The notes under the pieces were generated by a model that worked only from the letters and a program-made list of their open reading frames with translations, made no database searches and had not been told where the DNA came from. From Longimicrobiales bacterium (GTDB lineage: Bacteria; Gemmatimonadota; Gemmatimonadetes; Longimicrobiales; Gaopeijiaceae), in contig OZ241892.1 of NCBI GenBank assembly GCA_965203485.1, positions 2,912,001 to 2,976,000 of the forward strand: 64,000 nt of DNA. Reading direction: 5' to 3'. Shown piece after piece: positions 57,740-64,000 of the stretch. A program made the position numbers and the translations under genes. The stretch's first letter is position 1. Every line of letters starts with the position of its first letter.

Positions 57740-58710
57740 ATCTCCGCCTCTCCCTCCGTCCAAGTCCCGAGCGATTCGTACTTGGCCCACCGGCGAATCA
57801 CCAGATCGGCGGCGTCCGCTTGCGCGAGTTCGCGAACGTGGCGCGTCAATGCCTTGCGCACGGCACGCATGACGCCGTCCCAGTCCGCGTGGGCGCCGCC
57901 CGGGGGCTCTGGAACGACCTCGTCCGCAACGCCGAGCTCGACTAGGTCGGCCGACGTGAGCCGCAACGCGCGCGCGGCTTCGCGGCGGTGATCCGCGGAG
58001 CGCCACAGGATGGCCGCGCATCCTTCGGGCGAGATGACCGAGTAGACGGCGTGCTCGAGGAGCAGGATGCGGTCGGTGACGCCGAGCGCCAGCGCTCCGC
58101 CCGAGCCGCCCTCGCCAATGACGAGCGACAGGCTGGGAGTGCGCAGGCGGGCCATCTCGCGCAGGTTGGTCGCGATCGCCTCGGCTTGGCCGCGTTCTTC
58201 GGCGCCGAAGCCGGGATAGGCGCCCGGCGTGTCGATGAGCGTGATCACCGGCCTGCCGAACTTCTCGGCGAGCTTCATGAGACGCAACGCCTTGCGGTAT
58301 CCCTCGGGGTGGGGCATGCCGAAGTTGCGCCGCAGGTTCTCCTTCATGTCGCGGCCCTTCTGATGGCCAATCAGCATGACCGAATCCCCATCGAGCCGGG
58401 CCCACCCGCCGACGACGGCTTCGTCTTCGCGGTAGCGGCGGTCGCCCTTCAGCTCGAACCAGTCCGTGAAGACGCCGCTCACGTAGTCAAGCGTGCACGG
58501 ACGCAGGGGGTGACGGGCCACCTGCACCTGCTCCATGGGGTCCAAGTTGCCGTAGGTCTCGGTTCGCAACGTCTCCAGCTTGTCGGTCAGGACGCGCAGC
58601 TCGTCGGACACGTCGAGTCCGTGCTTCGACGCCAAGCCTCGCAACTTCGCGATCTGCGACTCGATGTCCACGATGTCCCGCTCGAAGGCGAGATGCGGGG
58701 CGCCGGACAC
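57736..58710 (-). CDS. accA: Acetyl-CoA carboxylase carboxyltransferase alpha subunit
   Basis: ARHPLRP, ELKGDR, NFGMPHPEGYRKA, DTPGAYPG, GEGGSGGALA, YSVISPEGCA. GTG start at 58710. Confidence 0.95.
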   Translation of the reverse strand: MSGAPHLAFERDIVDIESQIAKLRGLASKHGLDVSDELRVLTDKLETLRTETYGNLDPMEQVQVARHPLRPCTLDYVSGVFTDWFELKGDRRYREDEAVVGGWARLDGDSVMLIGHQKGRDMKENLRRNFGMPHPEGYRKALRLMKLAEKFGRPVITLIDTPGAYPGFGAEERGQAEAIATNLREMARLRTPSLSLVIGEGGSGGALALGVTDRILLLEHAVYSVISPEGCAAILWRSADHRREAARALRLTSADLVELGVADEVVPEPPGGAHADWDGVMRAVRKALTRHVRELAQADAADLVIRRWAKYESLGTWTEGEAEI

Positions 58711-59338
58711 GTCAGTTGCCGTCCGGCTTGCCGACAGGCCCGGGCTGGGATGCGGCGAGTCTGCCGCCGCCCGCGGACGACGGGCCGGGCGCGTTGAAAG
58801 CCGACATGCTCGCGGACGCCTCCGATCTGCCGCCACGGGCAGGCGACAGACAGCTCGTCCGCGGTTGTCGCGACCGCCCGCTCGCCGCGAACGCTGCACG
58901 GCCGCGGACATCGCCGAAGCCGGGTGCACCTTGTCGGGACGGTCGGCTCTCCGCGTTGGCGAGAACGGAAACGGCGAGCGCGCCCGCATCCTGGGGCGCA
59001 CCGTCTTGGGAAGTTGTCTTCATTCGGCCACTTTAGCCGCGCGGGCGCCGGGCCGGCAAGCGATTCGCCCCAAGGACGGCAGGCCGTCCCGTTGTCAAAG
59101 GGGCCATGCCTCTTTCTCGGACTTCGGTCGCGGCCTCGTTCGCTGGCGGCATCGAGCGGCATGCCAGCATGGAGCGCTGGGCGCGCGGATTGCCGCTCCC
59201 GCTACCGCCCTCGCCCCAATGCGCACCGACGCACACGGATTGGCGTCGGGCGGGAGGATGCCAAGGCATCGCGGACGCATGGACCTCCGCACATGGATTG
59301 CCGGGCCGGCACGCTTGGCGGAGCCGCGGGCGGGGCGT

Positions 59339-62300
59339 TTACCTGAGCTGGATGGCGCCTGCTAGGCCGAGGCGGCGTTGCGGGGGTTCGAGCGGCGAGG
59401 AGGCGTGCTCGCCGTAGAGGTGGAGGAGGAAGCGCAGGCTCTCGGCGGCGGGCGAGTGCGTGCCCGTGCCGGACTGGGTGGACTGGCCGAGCAGCGAGAA
59501 GCGCGCGCCGGCGTTGAAGCGGCGGCCGGCGCCGGCGTCTTGGCTCCAGCGTCCGAACGGCGTGATCGTGGCGCCGTTGTCGAGCGCGACGCCCCAGCCC
59601 AGCTCCATGGCCATGCGCCCGGGCGCCCAGCCGGACGGCGCGGCCTGGTGCGCAACCGGGTGTGCCGCCTGGGCGGCGGGGCCGAGCGCGGCGGGGCCTT
59701 CTTGCCAGAGCGCGCCCGTGGCGCCGGTGGCGGCGCCCCATGTCGGCTCGACGGAGAGCGACAGGCCGGTCTCGGCGCCGCCGCCGGGCTGGAGCCGGAG
59801 CGAGACGCCGGCGCCCCATTCGCGCAGCCCCTCGGCCTGGTGCGCGAGCAGCGCGCGCCCGCGCATCGCGACGGACAGGCCGGTGGGCGCGTGGTCGAAC
59901 GACGCTTCGCCGCCCGCCTCGGCGCCCAGCCCGGTCTCGGCGTCGCCGGCGTCGAGGCGCGCGCCGAGCTCGAGCCGCGTGCGCAACGACGCTTCGCCGC
60001 CGAGCGCCCAGGTCTTCGCGACTTCGGGCGCGAGCCGGACGCGGTGCGCGCGCGCGGTCACGCCTGCCAGGTCGGCCGCGTCGTCGGAGCGCACGCGCAC
60101 GGAGAACGCGTCGGCCTTGAGCGCGATGCCGCCCGCCAGCTCGCGGCGCGCGCCGAGCGCGCCCATCAGCATCGCGATGTCGGCGCCGAACCGGCCGCCG
60201 CCGGCCGTCTCCTCGAGCGTCGCGTCGCCGGTTCCTGCGCCTGCGAGGGCCCAGAGGCCGAGCCCGCCGGTGGGCGACCAGTGCACGTAGGGATGCACGC
60301 TGGTCAGACTCGCGGCGACGGAGCCGGCGCCGTTGACGGCGCTCTCGAACTCGGTCTCGAAGCTGCTGCGCGCGCCGGCGACGCCGACGAGCAGGCCGGA
60401 CGCGAAGCGGTAGTCGGCGCCGAGGTGCGCCGAGCGCGCGCGCCCGCCGCCGAAGCGCAGGCCGTCGGCCGGGCGGCCCTCGTAGCCGCCCATGCCCGCG
60501 CGGCCCCAGACGGTCCAGCCGGGACGCAGGCCGGCGGCGTCCTGCGCGCCGCCGCCGCCGAGCGAGAGCTGGAACGAGCTTCGCTCGAGCAGGTCGCCGC
60601 CCGACAGCGGGTTGAACGTCACGCCGCCCGGCGTGGCCGCCGCCGGCTCCTGCTGGCCCCGGTAGTCGCCGGCAACGCCGAGTCCGGTAGCGGCGCCGCC
60701 GACCGGGCCGCCGAATCCGCCTGCTCCCGCGCCCGGGCCGCCGAACAGCAGCGCGGCCGGGTCGAGCGCGCCAGCGGACGGCGCGCCGCCCAGGCCGCCG
60801 ACGCTCGGCAACGCGACTTGGACGCCGAGCAGGCCGGACGCGGCGCGCGCCAGCGCCTGCCAGCCGCACGCTCGAGCGCCCGTTTCGGCACCCGCCCCCG
60901 CCTGCGCGGCCGCCCCGGCGGCTCCAACCCGGTCCTCCGCCCGTTGCGCGAAGCCGCCGCCGCCGCAACCGACGGCGCGCCCGCCGAGCTGGAGGTGCGA
61001 GCGTCCGAGTCCGCCCGCCGATTCGATCCCGAGCCGGCCGCCGATCACGTCGACGGCCTCGGCGCCGACGGAGCGCCCGAACGCGGCCAGCGCGCCCTCG
61101 AGCACGCGCGCTCGCTCGGAGCGCGACGCCTCGACGACGACGGCGACGGTCTGCTCGGCGGCCAGCCCGCCGGGATCGGCGGCCGTCACCGTCACGCTCG
61201 CCGTGCCGATCGCGAACGGCTGGATGGTCAGCACGCCGCCCGCAACGCTCGCCGCCGCCACCGCCGTGTCCGACGACTCGGCGGCGTACGCGAGCGCGTC
61301 GCCGTCCGGGTCCCGGAAGTACGCGTCCAGCGTCTCCTGCACGGCCGCGCCGTGCGCCTCGAGCGCCGGGATCGCGATCTGCGCGGTCGCTTCGGGCGCC
61401 TCGTTGACGTCGGTCACGACGACGGTCGCGTTCGCCGTCGCCGCCAGGCCGCCCCGGTCCGTCGCGGCGACGACGAGCGCGTGCTCGCGCGGACCCGTCT
61501 CGTAGTCCTCGCCCGCGCCGACGTAGCGCACGGCGCCGCTCGCAGCGTCCAGCTCGAACAGGCCGCCGCCGTCCGAGACGAGGCTGTACGACAGCACGTC
61601 GCCCTCGTCCTCGTCGTCGGCGCCGACGGCGCCGACGGCGAGCGGGCCGGCCGCGTTCTCGGCCAGCTCGAACGTCCAGCTCGCCTGCTCGAACACGGGC
61701 GCCTCGTTCACGTCGGCGACCGTCACGACGACGGCCGCCCGCGCGGCCAAGCCGTCGGCGCCCGTCGCGGCGACGACGAGCGCGTGCTCGCGCGGGCCCG
61801 TCTCGTAGTCCTCGCCGGCGCCCACGTAGCTGACCGCGCCGCTCGACGCGTCCAGCTCGAACAGCCCACCGCCGCCCGAGACCAGGCTGTACGACAGCGC
61901 CTCGCCCTCGTCCGGGTCGGTCGCCGACACCGTGCCCAGCACGACGGGCCCGGCCGCGTTCTCGGCCAGCTCGAACGTCCAGCTCGCCTGCTCGAACACG
62001 GGCGCCTCGTCGGCGTCGGCGACGGCTATCACGACGCCGGCCGCCGCTCGCAATCCACCCGCGTCGGCGACGGCGACGGCCAGCGCGTGCTCGCGCGGGC
62101 CCGTCTCGTAGTCTTCGCCGGCGCCGACGTAGCGCACGGCGCCGCTCGCAGCGTCCAGCTCGAACAGCCCGCCGCCGCCCGAGACGAGGCTGTACGACAG
62201 CGCCTCGCCCTCGTCCGGGTCGGTCGCCGACACCGTGCCCAGCACGACTGGGCCGGCCGCGTTCTCGGCCAGCTCGAACGTCCAGCTCGCCCGCTCGAAC

Positions 62301-64000
62301 GCGGGCGCCTCGTTCGCGTTCGTCACCTTCACCGTCACGCGGACGGTCGACGCGAGGCCGCCGACGTCGGCGGCCGACACGACGAGCGCGTGCTCGCGCG
62401 GGCCGGCTTCGTAGTCTTCGCCCGCGCCGACGTAGCTGACCTCGCCGCTCGTCTCGCCCACCTCGAACAGGCCGCCGCCCTCGCGCAGCCGGTAGTACAC
62501 CTCGTCGCCCTCGTCCGGGTCCACGGCGCTCACGGCGCCCACGACGACGGCGCCCGCGACGTTCTCGGCCAGCTCGAACGCGTACGACTCGGCCCCGAAC
62601 TTCGGCGGCCGCCCCGGCTCCGGCTCGCCGCCGCCGCCCTCGACCCTGCGCGTCGGATCGCTCGCGAACGCATGGCTGCCCAGCGACAGCACGGCCGGCG
62701 TCGAACCGTCGGCGGCCGACACGATCGCCGCGCCGCTCGCGTCCAGCGCGTCGGCGGCCAGCGCGATCCCGTTCGGCGCGCGGTCGTGAGGACGCACCTC
62801 GTACGCGAACTCGACGCGCCGCCCGCTCGCCGACGCCAGCGCGGCGTGCACCGTGCGCGTGCCCATCGCCAGCGCCAGACGCGGGCTGCCCGTCGCGCTC
62901 ACCGGCCGGTCGAACACGACGGCGATCTCGATCGTCTGGCCGGCGCGCCAGCGGCCGCCCGACTGCGGACGGCTCGCCTCGACGCCCGCGACCGCAGGCG
63001 GCGACACGACGCTGCCGTCCACATTGTGGCCGCCGACGTTCGCGATCGCGTGGCCGCCCAGCGACAGTCCAGCCGCCGCGGTGCCGCCCAGCAGCGTGAT
63101 CGCGCCGCCGTTCAGCGACAGCGCGCCCGCGCCCACGCTGATCCCGTCCGCGTCGGCGTCCGCCGCCTGAACGGCGTACGCGAACTCGAGCGCCGCGCCC
63201 TGCGTCGCGCCCAACGCGCCCGCCCCAGCGCCGGAGCCCGCGGCACCGCCACCGCCGGCCCAGCCCGCGCCTGCATAGCCCGCCGCGCCGCCGGCCCAGC
63301 CCGCGCGCGCGGCGGCGGCGTAGCCGACCACGCGCACGAAGCGCGCCGTGCGCGTCTGCGCGCCGATCGTCAGCGCCAGCGTCGGCGCGCCCGTAACGGC
63401 GACGGCGCGGTCGAAGCGCACGTGCACGCGGATCTCCTCGCCCAGCTCGTAGCGGCCGCCGCCGATCGGCGCGCTCGCCAGCGCCACGCCCGCCACGGCA
63501 GGCGCCGTCTCGGCGCTCCCGTCCACCAGGTGGCCCGCGACGTTCGACAACGCGTGCGTGCCCAGCGACAGCACGGCCGCCACGCGCCCGCCCGCGATCA
63601 CGATCGTCCCGCCGTTCAAGGCCAGCGCGCCCGCCGCGACGCTCACGCCGTCGGCGTCGGCGTCGCCGCCCGCGACGACGTAGCCGAACACCAGCTCGGC
63701 CGTGCCGCTCCCGCTCGCGTAGCCCGCCTGCCGCGTCGCGCTCCCGATGCCCAGCGCCAGCTGCGGCGCGCCCGCAACGTCCACCGGACGGCTGAACGCC
63801 AGCGCGACGGCGATCCGCTCGCTCAACCCGTACGCGCTCCCGTTCGCAGGCGACGAGACCAGCCGCGCGCCCGTCACTACCGGCGCCGCCTCGAGCGTGC
63901 CGGCGACGGCGTGGCCGCTCGCGTTCACTATCGCGTGGCTGCCCAGCGACAGAACCGCCGCCGCCGTGCCGCCCGCGACCACCAGCGTCCCGCCGCTCAG
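59339..64000 (-). CDS. Giant surface protein/autotransporter: Ig-like repeats, four cadherin repeats and a C-terminal beta-barrel (5' end outside the window)
   Basis: DADADG...LNGG repeats, FELAEN...DPDEG...DYE...DVNEAP cadherin motifs, and amphipathic C-terminal strands (WTVWGR, GADY, HPYVHW). Confidence 0.85.
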   Translation of the reverse strand: MSGGTLVVAGGTAAAVLSLGSHAIVNASGHAVAGTLEAAPVVTGARLVSSPANGSAYGLSERIAVALAFSRPVDVAGAPQLALGIGSATRQAGYASGSGTAELVFGYVVAGGDADADGVSVAAGALALNGGTIVIAGGRVAAVLSLGTHALSNVAGHLVDGSAETAPAVAGVALASAPIGGGRYELGEEIRVHVRFDRAVAVTGAPTLALTIGAQTRTARFVRVVGYAAAARAGWAGGAAGYAGAGWAGGGGAAGSGAGAGALGATQGAALEFAYAVQAADADADGISVGAGALSLNGGAITLLGGTAAAGLSLGGHAIANVGGHNVDGSVVSPPAVAGVEASRPQSGGRWRAGQTIEIAVVFDRPVSATGSPRLALAMGTRTVHAALASASGRRVEFAYEVRPHDRAPNGIALAADALDASGAAIVSAADGSTPAVLSLGSHAFASDPTRRVEGGGGEPEPGRPPKFGAESYAFELAENVAGAVVVGAVSAVDPDEGDEVYYRLREGGGLFEVGETSGEVSYVGAGEDYEAGPREHALVVSAADVGGLASTVRVTVKVTNANEAPAFERASWTFELAENAAGPVVLGTVSATDPDEGEALSYSLVSGGGGLFELDAASGAVRYVGAGEDYETGPREHALAVAVADAGGLRAAAGVVIAVADADEAPVFEQASWTFELAENAAGPVVLGTVSATDPDEGEALSYSLVSGGGGLFELDASSGAVSYVGAGEDYETGPREHALVVAATGADGLAARAAVVVTVADVNEAPVFEQASWTFELAENAAGPLAVGAVGADDEDEGDVLSYSLVSDGGGLFELDAASGAVRYVGAGEDYETGPREHALVVAATDRGGLAATANATVVVTDVNEAPEATAQIAIPALEAHGAAVQETLDAYFRDPDGDALAYAAESSDTAVAAASVAGGVLTIQPFAIGTASVTVTAADPGGLAAEQTVAVVVEASRSERARVLEGALAAFGRSVGAEAVDVIGGRLGIESAGGLGRSHLQLGGRAVGCGGGGFAQRAEDRVGAAGAAAQAGAGAETGARACGWQALARAASGLLGVQVALPSVGGLGGAPSAGALDPAALLFGGPGAGAGGFGGPVGGAATGLGVAGDYRGQQEPAAATPGGVTFNPLSGGDLLERSSFQLSLGGGGAQDAAGLRPGWTVWGRAGMGGYEGRPADGLRFGGGRARSAHLGADYRFASGLLVGVAGARSSFETEFESAVNGAGSVAASLTSVHPYVHWSPTGGLGLWALAGAGTGDATLEETAGGGRFGADIAMLMGALGARRELAGGIALKADAFSVRVRSDDAADLAGVTARAHRVRLAPEVAKTWALGGEASLRTRLELGARLDAGDAETGLGAEAGGEASFDHAPTGLSVAMRGRALLAHQAEGLREWGAGVSLRLQPGGGAETGLSLSVEPTWGAATGATGALWQEGPAALGPAAQAAHPVAHQAAPSGWAPGRMAMELGWGVALDNGATITPFGRWSQDAGAGRRFNAGARFSLLGQSTQSGTGTHSPAAESLRFLLHLYGEHASSPLEPPQRRLGLAGAIQLR
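61400..62610 (-). repeat. Four ~303-nt tandem cadherin-coding repeats
   Basis: Near-identical DNA units, e.g. gttctcggccagctcgaacg at about 61655, 61958, 62261 and 62561. Confidence 0.9.

Noticed and set aside
58711..59338. Possible ncRNA/riboswitch or small ORFs upstream of accA
   Set aside because: Only generic GC-rich pairing; no recognisable RNA family or coding signal.

Overview
High-GC bacterial DNA. The gene content (RicT, PSCyt1-type cytochrome, Rpn, cadherin autotransporter) is compatible with a Gemmatimonadota-like, possibly invertebrate-associated lineage, but this is inference only. Housekeeping genes lie at both ends: purA, a DapA-family gene, trpS, an M14 peptidase and an Sdh1-type succinate dehydrogenase on the left; a cytochrome c, ricT, accA and a giant cadherin autotransporter on the right. 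Between them is a ~47 kb accessory region (about 9.5-56.3 kb) bounded by an intact Rpn gene and an Rpn remnant, with two parts. (1) A dense co-oriented anti-phage island. A DUF499/DUF3780-like/DUF1156/PLD-SNF2 restriction-like system is split by ~9 kb of nested cassettes (MAD3/MAD4-like ATPase-TOPRIM pair, an unnamed HEPN + ParA-like + P-loop ATPase triad, HNH-Lamassu). It is followed by helicase-DUF2290, a multi-ubiquitin/E2/JAB-E1 module and an OLD-like gene broken by an IS5. Two related 34+7+34 bp double-palindrome sites bracket this block. (2) A six-gene, mostly translationally coupled operon joining a LysM-like protein, a possible GAP1-like protein, a TRAFAC GTPase and a TPR-like membrane protein to a large divergent SEDS (FtsW/RodA) protein and a class-B-like PBP transpeptidase. 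The best candidates for undescribed biology are that operon, the HEPN-ParA-ATPase triad and the bracketing palindromic sites. All family assignments come from motif reading, not database searches. No rRNA, tRNA or CRISPR array was seen.
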